DNA of 64,000 nucleotides, from contig CALSNN010000001.1 of assembly GCA_943787735.1 (NCBI GenBank), positions 130,239 through 194,238 of the forward strand. Reading direction: 5' to 3'. The position numbers and the translations under genes were made by a program. This DNA comes from an uncultured Alphaproteobacteria bacterium (GTDB taxonomy: Bacteria; Pseudomonadota; Alphaproteobacteria; Puniceispirillales; Puniceispirillaceae). The notes beneath the pieces are model-generated. The model did no database searches. It had not been told where the DNA came from and worked only from the letters and a program-made list of their open reading frames with translations. This document shows positions 1 to 9,678 of the stretch, in pieces. How positions within the stretch are numbered: the first letter of the stretch is position 1; each line of letters begins with the position of its first letter.

Positions 1-2335
1 TGGCCTGAATGACGTTACTGTCGAGGGTCTTGCCAGCCGCGCCAATGATACCCGCTTTGCCTATGACAGCTATCGCCGGTTTATTCAGATGTATAGCGAT
101 GTTGTGATGGAGGTCGATCACGGCCTGTTTGAAGATGCGCTTGAGGATATGAAGCTTCAACGCGGTGTTTATGAAGACACCGAATTGACCGGTGATGATT
201 TAAAAGCACTTGTCGCCAGCTATAAGGACATTGTCCAAGATGAGGCCGGTATCGGCTTTCCGCAAGATCCGTGGGAACAGCTTTGGGGTGCGGTTGGGGC
301 GGTATTTGCCAGCTGGATGAATACCCGCGCCATCACCTATCGGCGACTGAATAACATTCCTGCGGCATGGGGAACAGCGGTCAATATTCAGGCCATGGTT
401 TTTGGCAATATGGGTGATGATTGCGCAACTGGCGTTGCCTTTACGCGTGACCCATCAACCGGTGAAAACAGCTTTTATGGCGAGTTTTTGATCAATGCAC
501 AGGGTGAAGATGTCGTTGCCGGTATTCGCACGCCATTGCCATTGACGCTGGCTGCCCGCGAAAAGGGCGGGGGTGATGCTTTGTCGATGCAAGAAGCAAT
601 GCCGGCGGCTTTTGACCAGCTTGATGCGGTTCGCAAAAAGCTTGAGGCGCATTATTGCGACATGCAGGATCTTGAATTTACCGTACAGCAGGGCGTGCTG
701 TATATGCTGCAAACCCGTAGCGGAAAACGCACTGCCGAAGCCGCGCTTCGCATGGCTGTTGAAATGGCTGATGAAGGCCTGATCACCCGTGATGAAGCCT
801 TGTGTCGTGTTGATCCGAACGCGCTTGACCAGCTGCTTCATCCAACACTTGATCCCAATGCTGAAAAGGTCATTCTGGCACGCGGTCTGCCGGCATCGCC
901 AGGCGCGGCATGCGGTAAAATTGTGCTGAATGCTGATCGCGCAGAGGAATTGGCGGCCAGCGGTGAGGCGGTGATTCTGGTGCGTCTTGAAACTAGTCCT
1001 GAAGATATTCATGGCATGCATGCTGCCGCCGGCATCTTGACAGCGCGTGGCGGCATGACAAGCCATGCGGCGGTGGTTGCTCGTGGCATGGGGCGGGCTT
1101 GTGTTTCGGGTGCAAGCGATGTGCGCTTTGACGAGGTAAGCGGCAAGGTCTTTATCGCTGATCAAGTTCTTGTCGAAGGTGATGTCATCACCATTGATGG
1201 CACAAGCGGCGAGGTTTATGCCGGTAAAGTCGATACGATTCAGCCAAAAATGTCAGGTGCCTTTGCCAGCGTTATGGGCTGGGCTGACGAGGTGCGCCGT
1301 ATGGAAGTGCGCACTAATGCCGAAACCCCAACCGAGGCGCGTGTTGCCCTTGATTTCGGCGCGCAGGGCATTGGTCTATGCCGAACCGAACATATGTTTT
1401 TTGATGCAGATCGCATCATTGCCATGCGCCAGATGATCATGGCTGCTGATACGCAAGGCCGTGAATTGGCACTTGCCAAATTATTGCCGATGCAGCGCCG
1501 TGATTTCGAAGAATTATTCACGATCATGGCTGGCCTTCCAGTCACCATCCGGCTTCTTGATCCTCCATTGCATGAGTTTTTACCACATTCGGCCGATGAA
1601 TTGGCCGAAGTTGCCGCCGCCGCCGGGGTAACAATCGAGACGGCACGCCAACGCTCGATCAAACTTGCCGAGACCAATCCGATGCTTGGCCATCGTGGCT
1701 GCCGATTGGCGGTGACTTATCCGGAAATCTGCCGGATGCAAGCACGCGCCATTTTCGAGGCGGCTTGCGCTGTTGCCAAAAGCACTGGCGAGTCACCAAT
1801 CCCCGAAGTGATGGTTCCACTTGCGGCAACGGCGCGGGAAATCGCGCTTTGCAAGGCTGAGATTGACGCTACCGCCGCTGCGGTTATGGCTGAAACCGGC
1901 ATCACTATTTCATATCTTGTTGGCACAATGGTTGAATTGCCCCGTGCGTCAATCTGTGCGGCAGATTTGGCGGTTGAGGCCGAATTCTTTTCCTTTGGTA
2001 CGAATGATCTGACGCAAACCTCACTTGGCATCAGCCGTGACGATGCTGGATCCTTCCTTCATGACTATGCCGATAAAGAAATTTATCCGGTTGATCCGTT
2101 TGTGTCGATTGACCTTGAAGGCGTTGGTACATTGGTCGAAATGGGGGTTGAACGTGGCCGCAAAACCCGCCCCGATATCAAGCTTGGTATCTGCGGTGAA
2201 CATGGTGGCGATGGCGATTCAATTCTATTCTTTGAAAAAGTCGGTCTTGATTATGTGTCTTGTTCGCCTTATCGCGTTCCTGCGGCGCGCCTTGCCGCAG
2301 CGCAAGCCACAATCAAAACACGTCAAAGCGATTAA
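1..2335 (+). CDS. ppdK: Pyruvate, phosphate dikinase (5' end outside window)
   Basis: GGMTSHAAVVAR phospho-His motif, GIGLCRTEHMF, FSFGTNDLTQ, GICGEHGG; frame is open upstream of the ORF-track start at 89. Confidence 0.98.
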   Translation, partial: GLNDVTVEGLASRANDTRFAYDSYRRFIQMYSDVVMEVDHGLFEDALEDMKLQRGVYEDTELTGDDLKALVASYKDIVQDEAGIGFPQDPWEQLWGAVGAVFASWMNTRAITYRRLNNIPAAWGTAVNIQAMVFGNMGDDCATGVAFTRDPSTGENSFYGEFLINAQGEDVVAGIRTPLPLTLAAREKGGGDALSMQEAMPAAFDQLDAVRKKLEAHYCDMQDLEFTVQQGVLYMLQTRSGKRTAEAALRMAVEMADEGLITRDEALCRVDPNALDQLLHPTLDPNAEKVILARGLPASPGAACGKIVLNADRAEELAASGEAVILVRLETSPEDIHGMHAAAGILTARGGMTSHAAVVARGMGRACVSGASDVRFDEVSGKVFIADQVLVEGDVITIDGTSGEVYAGKVDTIQPKMSGAFASVMGWADEVRRMEVRTNAETPTEARVALDFGAQGIGLCRTEHMFFDADRIIAMRQMIMAADTQGRELALAKLLPMQRRDFEELFTIMAGLPVTIRLLDPPLHEFLPHSADELAEVAAAAGVTIETARQRSIKLAETNPMLGHRGCRLAVTYPEICRMQARAIFEAACAVAKSTGESPIPEVMVPLAATAREIALCKAEIDATAAAVMAETGITISYLVGTMVELPRASICAADLAVEAEFFSFGTNDLTQTSLGISRDDAGSFLHDYADKEIYPVDPFVSIDLEGVGTLVEMGVERGRKTRPDIKLGICGEHGGDGDSILFFEKVGLDYVSCSPYRVPAARLAAAQATIKTRQSD

Positions 2336-2423
2336 TCCCCGCCTGCTATGGGCCAAACCGCTGCTGGAAACGGTGCGTCTGTCCGGTTGCGGCGCGGCAT
2401 GGCAGCAGCAATAAATGGACAAG

Positions 2424-2449
2424 AAAAAAGCCAGCAAATGCTGGCTTTT
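2424..2449. terminator. Bidirectional intrinsic terminator between convergent ppdK and rpmE
   Basis: AAAAGCCAGCA-AA-TGCTGGCTTTT inverted repeat with A- and T-tracts on either side. Confidence 0.8.
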
Positions 2450-2488
2450 GTCTAGCAGATTTGGTTTTCAAATCGGGCTGGGACAGCC

Positions 2489-2710
2489 TTATTTGATGCC
2501 AAGACCGCCAAAGCGCTTGTTAAAGCGGGCAACCTGACCACCTGAATCGAGGATACGATGCTGGCCAGTCCATGCTGGATGGGTCTTTGGGTCAATGTCG
2601 AGTTTCAACACATCGCCAGGCTTTCCCCAAGTCGAGCGCGTTGTATGTTCGCTGCCATCGGTCATTACAACGGTGATTTCGTGGTAATCTGGGTGAATAT
2701 CTTTTTTCAT
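2489..2710 (-). CDS. rpmE: 50S ribosomal protein L31 (Cys-free type)
   Basis: MKKDIHPDY...HPAWTG...[11 protein letters not shown]; ATG at 2710 preferred over the longer ORF-track start. Confidence 0.97.
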   Translation of the reverse strand: MKKDIHPDYHEITVVMTDGSEHTTRSTWGKPGDVLKLDIDPKTHPAWTGQHRILDSGGQVARFNKRFGGLGIK

Positions 2711-2799
2711 GCCGGTCTCCGGTTTTACGCTTAACTGTCTGTTCGTGATGCTAGATTTGCCATGCGGCAGAATGATCCTCGCCAACAAACAGCGCTGGT

Positions 2800-2828
2800 G
2801 GTATATCCCCTATAGCGATGATAAGCAA
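2800..2828 (-). promoter_or_regulatory. Putative sigma70 promoter of rpmE
   Basis: Minus strand reads TTGCTT-N17-TATACC, about 90 nt upstream of the ATG. Confidence 0.45.
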
Positions 2829-2889
2829 GCCCCCCGACGTAGAAAATAGACGGTTGGCGGGCTGGGTGAACAAAAATTGGGGTTGATGA

Positions 2890-4713
2890 ATGAATAACGG
2901 GCAGAAAACTGACCACCAGACAGCGTTTCCGGCAGATCAGACATTAGAAACAACCCGCCGTTACACTAGCCGTCAGCTATTGGCCGTCTTTTGGCCCTAT
3001 CTTCAACCGCATCGCCTCCGAATCGCGCTTGCCATTTTGGCGCTTGTGCTTGTTGCTGGTGCGCTTCTTGGGATGGGGCGCGGGCTTGCCTATCTTGTTG
3101 ATGAAGGGCTTGGCAAAAGCGACCCTGCCTTGCTTGACCGCGCGGTGATGGCAACAGCGATGATTGCCGTGGTTCTGGCCTTTGGCAGCTATCTTCGCAC
3201 CAGCATGGTGAATAAAATTGGCGAAATGGTGCTGGCTGATATTCGCCGCGCCATTTTTGGCCATGCCATTACCTTATCGGCTGGATGGTTTGAAAATGCA
3301 CGAACAGGTGATGTGTTATCCAGAATTACAACCGATACGAGCATTGTTCAAACGGTCATGACCTCGACCCTGTCAATGGCAGCGCGTAATTTCCTGCTTT
3401 TGATTGGCGGGCTTGTGATGGTGGTTTTATCCAGCCCGAAAATGTCGCTTGTGGTGTTGATTGTTGTACCGCTGGTTGTGTTGCCGCTGATTTTTATGGG
3501 GCGCCGGTTGCGTGCTGCCTCCCGGTTGGCACAAGACCGGCTTGCCGATGTTGGGGTCGAAGCTGAAGAAACTGTAAGTGCCATTCGCACTGTGCAGGCC
3601 TTTGGCCGCGAAGACTATGTCAAAGGGCATTTTGAACGGGCGGTTGATCTGTCGCTTGATGCTGGTCTTGCCCGGGTTCGGCTACGTGGTCTTCTAAGCG
3701 GCATTGTGATTTTTCTGGTCTTTAGCGGTATTGGCGTCATTCTTTGGATTGGCGGACAGGATTTGATGGCCGGACGGATCAGCGCTGGCGATCTGTCATC
3801 TTTCATTTTCTATGCTTTTCTGGTGGCAAGCTCGACCGGTTTTCTGTCCGAGCTTGCTGGCGATTTACAGCGGGCGGCAGGTGCTGCTGAACGTATTGCG
3901 CAATTGCTGGATACCAAAGCAAGCCTGCCGGTGCCAGCGTCACCGCAACCGATCAATATGGCCGCTGCAACGGCATGTGAATTTGCCGCTGTCCAATTTG
4001 CCTATCCGGCCGCGGTGAACCGACCGGCAATCAGTGATGTAAGTTTTGCGATCAAAGCAGGCGAGCGTGTTGCGATTGTCGGGCCAAGCGGGGCGGGTAA
4101 ATCAACAATTTTCCATCTTCTCCTCCGATTTTATGATCCGGTCAATGGGGCGGTTCGGGTTGGCGGGATTGATCTTCGTGATTTATCGCTTGCTGATTTG
4201 CGCGGCCATATTGGTTTGGTGCCGCAGGATTCGGCGCTGTTCTCGGCAACGCTTCGTGAGAATATCGCCTTTGGCCAGCCAGATGCCGATGATGCGGCTA
4301 TTATCGCCGCGGCAAAACAGGCACAAGCGCATGATTTCATCATGGCCATTGATGGCGGCTATGATGCCTTTGTTGGCGAAAAGGGCGTGCGGCTTTCAGG
4401 TGGTCAACGCCAGCGCATTGCCATTGCCAGAGCCATTCTTCGCAATCCTCGCCTGTTGCTTCTCGATGAGGCGACAAGCGCGCTTGATGCGCAGTCCGAA
4501 GCGGCGGTTCAGCATGCTTTGGAAAATCTAATGGCCGACCGGACAAGCCTTGTGATCGCGCACCGTCTGGCAACCGTTGTGCGGGCCGATCGTATCTTGC
4601 TGATGGATCGGGGTAGATTATTGGCGGTCGGAACGCATGAATCGCTTATGGTTGAATCGGCACTCTATCGTACGCTTGCCGAATTGCAATTCTCCATCCC
4701 AAAAGTTGGATAG
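2890..4713 (+). CDS. ABC exporter, fused permease/ATPase (MsbA/ABCB-like)
   Basis: N-terminal multi-TM domain; Walker A GPSGAGKS, signature LSGGQRQR, Walker B LLLLDEATSALD, AHRL. Confidence 0.93.
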   Translation: MNNGQKTDHQTAFPADQTLETTRRYTSRQLLAVFWPYLQPHRLRIALAILALVLVAGALLGMGRGLAYLVDEGLGKSDPALLDRAVMATAMIAVVLAFGSYLRTSMVNKIGEMVLADIRRAIFGHAITLSAGWFENARTGDVLSRITTDTSIVQTVMTSTLSMAARNFLLLIGGLVMVVLSSPKMSLVVLIVVPLVVLPLIFMGRRLRAASRLAQDRLADVGVEAEETVSAIRTVQAFGREDYVKGHFERAVDLSLDAGLARVRLRGLLSGIVIFLVFSGIGVILWIGGQDLMAGRISAGDLSSFIFYAFLVASSTGFLSELAGDLQRAAGAAERIAQLLDTKASLPVPASPQPINMAAATACEFAAVQFAYPAAVNRPAISDVSFAIKAGERVAIVGPSGAGKSTIFHLLLRFYDPVNGAVRVGGIDLRDLSLADLRGHIGLVPQDSALFSATLRENIAFGQPDADDAAIIAAAKQAQAHDFIMAIDGGYDAFVGEKGVRLSGGQRQRIAIARAILRNPRLLLLDEATSALDAQSEAAVQHALENLMADRTSLVIAHRLATVVRADRILLMDRGRLLAVGTHESLMVESALYRTLAELQFSIPKVG

Positions 4714-4730
4714 ACAGCAAAAAAGCTGGA

Positions 4731-5588
4731 TCATTTGCTGGTGAATTGCCCGATCATCATGGCCTCATCTTCGCCTGACATGGCGATAAATTGGGCGCTG
4801 ACATGAGGCGCATTTGGCGCGTGAAATGCGCCAATGACGCGGGTGTCCCAGCTATTTTCACGTTGCTTGTTTAACCTTAGCGTCATAATGGCGCTTTCAT
4901 CTAAGAAGCTGTTGGCGCTATTGCTGATCTGAAATGCCATGCTGCCCCGAAGGCTGTGCATATCGTCATCGCGAAGATCAATCTCGCGGACAAAGGCGGT
5001 TTGACCCGTAAAATCCACATTAATTATGCCCTTGCCAGCAAAGTTAGATGGACTTTCAGTCTCAAAACAATAGCAAAGCATCTGCATTGCCAATGGCCGA
5101 TTCAGGCTAGTCGTCAGTGGCTTTGAAAATTCGACAATAGGGATGATTGTTTGCTGGGAATGGAGGCCAATAGAAGACGAGAAATACTCTTCAAACTTGG
5201 TTTGGCTTAATGCTTTAAGGCGTGTCTGATCGGGGTAGAAAAAGTGCAAATTTTTGATGTCCGGTAATAGCAGTTCGGCTCTAAAACCAATAAGCTGGTC
5301 AAAATCGGGGCTTGCCGAGACGGCCATGTTGGCCTTCACCAAATCTGACGCCATTAAATTAGGGTGTGTTTTGAAGATTGAATGCCCAATATTTGGAAAA
5401 TTGAACATCTGATGCTCATGGGCAGCCGGCGGGATGGTCAATGCTGGCATGGCTTGTTGAAGGGTGATTTTCGGTATACCCTTATCTGGCATTTCTGGCC
5501 TGACATCAGCAATCATACAGCCGCTTGCTGCGATGATCAAAGCGATCAAATGGCCACAAGAAAGTCCGTTTTGATGCCGCAAGATCAT
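4731..5588 (-). CDS. Hypothetical putative lipoprotein with TbpB-like C-terminal barrel signature
   Basis: Only long ORF in the interval (track start 5624). ATG 5588 gives a signal peptide ending IAASG-C; C-terminus VIGAFHAPNAPHVSAQF...MIGQFTSK. Confidence 0.6.
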   Translation of the reverse strand: MILRHQNGLSCGHLIALIIAASGCMIADVRPEMPDKGIPKITLQQAMPALTIPPAAHEHQMFNFPNIGHSIFKTHPNLMASDLVKANMAVSASPDFDQLIGFRAELLLPDIKNLHFFYPDQTRLKALSQTKFEEYFSSSIGLHSQQTIIPIVEFSKPLTTSLNRPLAMQMLCYCFETESPSNFAGKGIINVDFTGQTAFVREIDLRDDDMHSLRGSMAFQISNSANSFLDESAIMTLRLNKQRENSWDTRVIGAFHAPNAPHVSAQFIAMSGEDEAMMIGQFTSK

Positions 5589-5750
5589 ATGAAACAGCAA
5601 CGACCATCTGTCGAAGGTGCTCATGTCCGAAAATATAACTCAAAAGTATGAAGTGACGCAATAATGCGCTGTTGCTGGATGTTGTTATTGGGCGCTGCGA
5701 TTGGGTAATGTTCGCAGAGTCTTGGTATTTATTTGGGCATTTGGGCGGGA

Positions 5751-6920
5751 TTATTTCACCGCAACGCGCTGGGTGATTTTCAGCTCGATACGACGGTTTT
5801 TACGGCGGGCATCGTCATTATCAGTGGCGTCAAGTGGCTGAAACTCACCATACCCCGCAGCGGCTAGCCGGTTGGCTGGCAAGCCTTGTTGGTTGAGAAA
5901 ACGTACCACCGATAGCGCCCGTTCGGTTGAAAGATCCCAGTTATCAGCATAGCGGCCAGCGCGGATTGGCACGTCATCAGTATGGCCGTCAACCTGCAGA
6001 ACCCAATTGATATCTTCGGGAATTTTCGTTGCAATATCGGCAAGGGTAATCGCAAGCTTGGCAAGCTGGTCTTGACCTTCGGCCGCAATCTCAGCCTGAC
6101 CTTGGGCAAACAGAACTTCAGATTGAAAGACAAAGCGATCGCCAACAATCTGAACATCGTCGCGCCCTTTCAATACGTCACGCAACCGGCCAAAAAATTC
6201 TGACCGGAAACGTTGTAATTCCTGAACACGGCTTGCCAAGGCGTTGTTTAACGACCGGCCAAGACTGGCGATGGCGACCTTATCGCGCGTTGCTTGCCGG
6301 TCTTTTTCGGCAAGAAGGCTGGTTAGTTCTTCAAGACGAAGCCGCAAGGCGGCCAAGGCGCCCGTCATTTGCGCGATTTGCGCTTTTGATGCAGTGGTTT
6401 CGGCGTGCAACGCGTCAATTTTATTGGCGGCGCTCTGGTTCTGCGCTTGTGCCATTGCCAATTGCCCTTCGGCAAGCTGGAGCGCGCCTAACCGTTCTTC
6501 AAGGCTGCTCCGCGCGGCGGCAAGGGCGGCTTCGGAATCGGCTTGTTTTGCGGCTAGGCGTGCGATTTCATTATTACGCACCGCAATGGCGGCTTGCACG
6601 CTTGCCAATTGGGCTTGTAGTTCGTCACGATTGGCATTGCTGGTATTTAACTGATTGGTAATTTGCGCCAGATTGGCGGCAAGATCGGCGCTTGCGCGGC
6701 GTTCAATATTCAACAGCTCGCCAAGCGATGCCAATTGCTGTCGCATCTCGCCAAGCGTGGCATCTTGCCCTGAGACACGATAGGCCAAATTCACCTGAAT
6801 CAGCACAAAGACCATCAGCACAAAAATGATCACCATCAGCAAGGTTGCCAAAGCGTCAACAAATCCGGGCCAGGTAAAATTTTCTACCCGACGCGCATTG
6901 CCAATTCGTGCCAGCGCCAT
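5751..6920 (-). CDS. MotB/OmpA-family peptidoglycan-binding protein with long coiled coil
   Basis: TM WPGFVDALATLLMVIIFVLMVF with conserved Asp22; heptad-rich region; OmpA-like domain DGHTD...NWDLSTERALSV...KNRRIE. Confidence 0.9.
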   Translation of the reverse strand: MALARIGNARRVENFTWPGFVDALATLLMVIIFVLMVFVLIQVNLAYRVSGQDATLGEMRQQLASLGELLNIERRASADLAANLAQITNQLNTSNANRDELQAQLASVQAAIAVRNNEIARLAAKQADSEAALAAARSSLEERLGALQLAEGQLAMAQAQNQSAANKIDALHAETTASKAQIAQMTGALAALRLRLEELTSLLAEKDRQATRDKVAIASLGRSLNNALASRVQELQRFRSEFFGRLRDVLKGRDDVQIVGDRFVFQSEVLFAQGQAEIAAEGQDQLAKLAITLADIATKIPEDINWVLQVDGHTDDVPIRAGRYADNWDLSTERALSVVRFLNQQGLPANRLAAAGYGEFQPLDATDNDDARRKNRRIELKITQRVAVK

Positions 6921-6925
6921 TGTGG

Positions 6926-7981
6926 CTATTCCCCTTTACCGCGACGCGTTTTGACGTCAATCATCGCGGCGATGGATGAGGACAGGCCGCGTAATTCACT
7001 GGCCACAACATCTGTTTGGCGGTTTCGGTCGGCACGCAAATCTTCGGATAGCTGCATGATATTGGCGTTTAGCTGCGCTAGATGCTCTCGAATGCGGCGG
7101 TCATCGGCCAAGGACTCGTTCAAATTCGCCATCGTGCCAGTCAATTGTGAGACCTGTTCTAACAGGCGTTCGCGGTTATCTTCGCCATTTGAAATCGATT
7201 GCGACAAAGCCATAACCGCACGGGCGGCTTCTTCGCTCATGCCGCTGGCAAGCGCGGTTTGTCCTGCAGTTGATGATGGGTTGCTGTCATTAAAACGGGC
7301 AAAGGCCGATAGCCAATCTTCCAGCTCGTTAAAAAACCGGCCCATTGCCTGCCCCAACTGAAGGTCAAGAAACCCAAGGATCAAGGAACCGGCAAGGCCA
7401 AATAAAGACGATGAAAAGGCGGTTGCCATTCCAGAAAGCGGCGCATCAAGTCCAATGCGCAATTGCCCCATCATGGCCTCAAAATTATTGCTGTTCGTAT
7501 CGATTGAGCTAACAACATTCCCAACGGCACCAATCGTTTGAAGCAGTCCCCAAAATGTGCCAAGCAATCCCAAAAAGACCAATAGGCCAATCATGTAGCG
7601 GGAAATTTCACGCCCTTCATCAAGGCGGGCAGCCACCCCATCAAGAACCGAACGCAACGATAATGCCGATAGCTGCGCATCATGGCGCGAATCTGCCAGC
7701 ATCGCATAAACGGTTGCCAAAAGAACGGGGCGGCGTTCTGGTGGATCAAGTTTGCCAGTGGATTTAACCGCAAGAAGCCAGTTGCGTTCTGGCATGAGCC
7801 GCAGGGTTTGCCGGATGATATAGATAATGCCAATGCCAAATGCGCCAAGGATAACGCCGTTTAATGCTGGATTTCCCATAAAGGCGGCTTGTAACGGCGC
7901 GGCCAAAAGCGCGGCAATAATGCTAACCCCAAGCAAAAAGATGAACATTCTGAAAAGATAACGTCTTGGGTTGGTTTCCAT
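6926..7981 (-). CDS. MotA/TolQ/ExbB-family proton channel protein
   Basis: LLVFLGLLGTFWGL and GMATAFSSSLFGLAGSL TM motifs, two further N-terminal TMs, helical C-terminal tail; 5 nt from the MotB-like gene. Confidence 0.88.
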   Translation of the reverse strand: METNPRRYLFRMFIFLLGVSIIAALLAAPLQAAFMGNPALNGVILGAFGIGIIYIIRQTLRLMPERNWLLAVKSTGKLDPPERRPVLLATVYAMLADSRHDAQLSALSLRSVLDGVAARLDEGREISRYMIGLLVFLGLLGTFWGLLQTIGAVGNVVSSIDTNSNNFEAMMGQLRIGLDAPLSGMATAFSSSLFGLAGSLILGFLDLQLGQAMGRFFNELEDWLSAFARFNDSNPSSTAGQTALASGMSEEAARAVMALSQSISNGEDNRERLLEQVSQLTGTMANLNESLADDRRIREHLAQLNANIMQLSEDLRADRNRQTDVVASELRGLSSSIAAMIDVKTRRGKGE

Positions 7982-8226
7982 GATCTTATCTCCTAGGCAT
8001 GGTCGGTCACGGCAGCTATTACGCGGATGATCGCAATGATCAGGCTGGCGCGAACATCCGTAATCTTGAAATTCTTCTCATGAAACAATGGCAGGATTGT
8101 GAATATTCGCAAGCCTTGCCAGATGAAATTGCAATTACGGCGCGAAAGTCACCTAAATTCCGGACGGCAAAACACAAACGGCTTATTGGCCGCGGTCTGA
8201 AATTTAGCAGGAAAAAAGAAGCCGGC

Positions 8227-9036
8227 TTATGCCCGCGCCTTGGCAAGATGCTTTAGCAATTCGGCATGGATGGCCGGATTTCCGGCAACGACATCGCCGC
8301 TTTGCAAAACGCGGTCGCGCGAAGCAAAGTCAGAAACAAAGCCACCAGCTTCACGAACCAACAGGATACCAGCGGCAATATCCCAGCTTTTAAGGCCATG
8401 TTCCCAATAGCCGTCAAACCGTCCTGCGGCAACATAAGCAAGGTCAAGCGCGGCCGAACCAAAACGTCGCACGCCAGCGCTAACACCCATGATATTGAAT
8501 AATTCGCGGGCAAAAAGCGCATGGTCTTCATCGGTGCCCCGCCCGATAAACGGAATGCCGGTGGCAAACACAGATTCGCCCATCTGCCGCCGTCCAGAAA
8601 CGCGCAACCTGCGGTCATTGACATAGGCGCCTGATCCGGCCTCGGCAAAGAAATATTCATGGCGAAGCGGATCAAAGACCAATGCTGCGGTGATTTTGCC
8701 TTTGTCACGAACGGCAATCGAAATGGCAAAATGCGGAATGCCATGTAGGTAATTTGTCGTGCCGTCAAGCGGGTCAACAATCCAGCAGGGCGCATCAGGA
8801 TCGGCGCCAGCGGTTATTCCGCTTTCTTCCATCTCAAATCCCCAATCGGGGCGTGCCTTTGACAATTCGGCCTTGATGATGCGTTCGGCATTAGTATCAA
8901 CGCGCGAGACAAAATCGGCTGGCCCTTTGCGGCTAACCTGCAGATTTTCAACTTCACCAAAATCGCGAAGCATATTGCGGCTGGCGGCGGTGGCCGCCTT
9001 GTGCATGACATTAATGAGGGCGGAGCGGGTTGCCAT
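8227..9036 (-). CDS. suhB: Inositol monophosphatase family protein SuhB
   Basis: WIVDPLDGTTNYLHG, RRFGSAALDL, WDIAAG. Confidence 0.93.
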   Translation of the reverse strand: MATRSALINVMHKAATAASRNMLRDFGEVENLQVSRKGPADFVSRVDTNAERIIKAELSKARPDWGFEMEESGITAGADPDAPCWIVDPLDGTTNYLHGIPHFAISIAVRDKGKITAALVFDPLRHEYFFAEAGSGAYVNDRRLRVSGRRQMGESVFATGIPFIGRGTDEDHALFARELFNIMGVSAGVRRFGSAALDLAYVAAGRFDGYWEHGLKSWDIAAGILLVREAGGFVSDFASRDRVLQSGDVVAGNPAIHAELLKHLAKARA

Positions 9037-9059
9037 AAAAAGTCCTGTAACTCTAAAAA

Positions 9060-9626
9060 TTAATTCTTTGCACGCTCTACATAGCTTGCATCTTCCGGCC
9101 GCACAACAATGCGTGTACCAGATTCGATATGCGGTGGTACCATAACGCGCTCGCCATTTTCTAAAATAGCGGGCTTATATGATGATGAGGCTGTTTGGCC
9201 TTTGACAACAGCATCGGCCTCGACAACTTCCATCACAACCGTGTCGGGAAGTTCAACAGAAATTGGATCGCCTTCATGGCTGGACATCGTTACGATCATG
9301 CCATCTTGCAAATAGGCGGCGCGCTCGCCAACCATGTCTTTGACAATGCTGATTTGCTCAAAGGTTTCTGAATGCATGAACACCAGATGGTCACCCTCGT
9401 CGTAAAGAAAGGTGCAGGCGGCTTCGTCAAGAATTACCCGCTCAACCGTTTCTGATGACCGGAAGCGTTCATTCAATTTGGTGCCATCGCGGATATCGCG
9501 CAATTCGATCTGGGCAAAGGCGCCGCCTTTTCCAGGTTTGACATGCGCCACTTTTACCGCTGTCCAAAGACGACCATTATGTTCGATCACATTGCCGGGT
9601 TTGACGGCATTTCCGTTGAGTTTCAT
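9060..9626 (-). CDS. efp: Elongation factor P
   Basis: HVKPGKGGAF loop, VKGQTASSSYKPA, YVER. Confidence 0.98.
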   Translation of the reverse strand: MKLNGNAVKPGNVIEHNGRLWTAVKVAHVKPGKGGAFAQIELRDIRDGTKLNERFRSSETVERVILDEAACTFLYDEGDHLVFMHSETFEQISIVKDMVGERAAYLQDGMIVTMSSHEGDPISVELPDTVVMEVVEADAVVKGQTASSSYKPAILENGERVMVPPHIESGTRIVVRPEDASYVERAKN

Positions 9627-9678
9627 CGCTAAATCCTTGTTCGAATCGCTGCGGTTTGCAGCGAAGGCCTATCCGTAT

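Noticed and set aside
5751-7981. Calling the MotA/MotB-like pair a Zorya defence system or the flagellar stator
   Set aside because: No zorC/D/E, helicase or nuclease partner adjacent, no flagellar genes, and a housekeeping context. The long stalk is on the B subunit, whereas in Zorya the long tail is on ZorA.
7982-8226. Short ORFs or a terminator between suhB and the MotA-like gene
   Set aside because: The ORFs lack motifs and overlap neighbours. The AAGC-CG-GCTT stem before the T-run is too weak to call; the gap is likely a promoter region.
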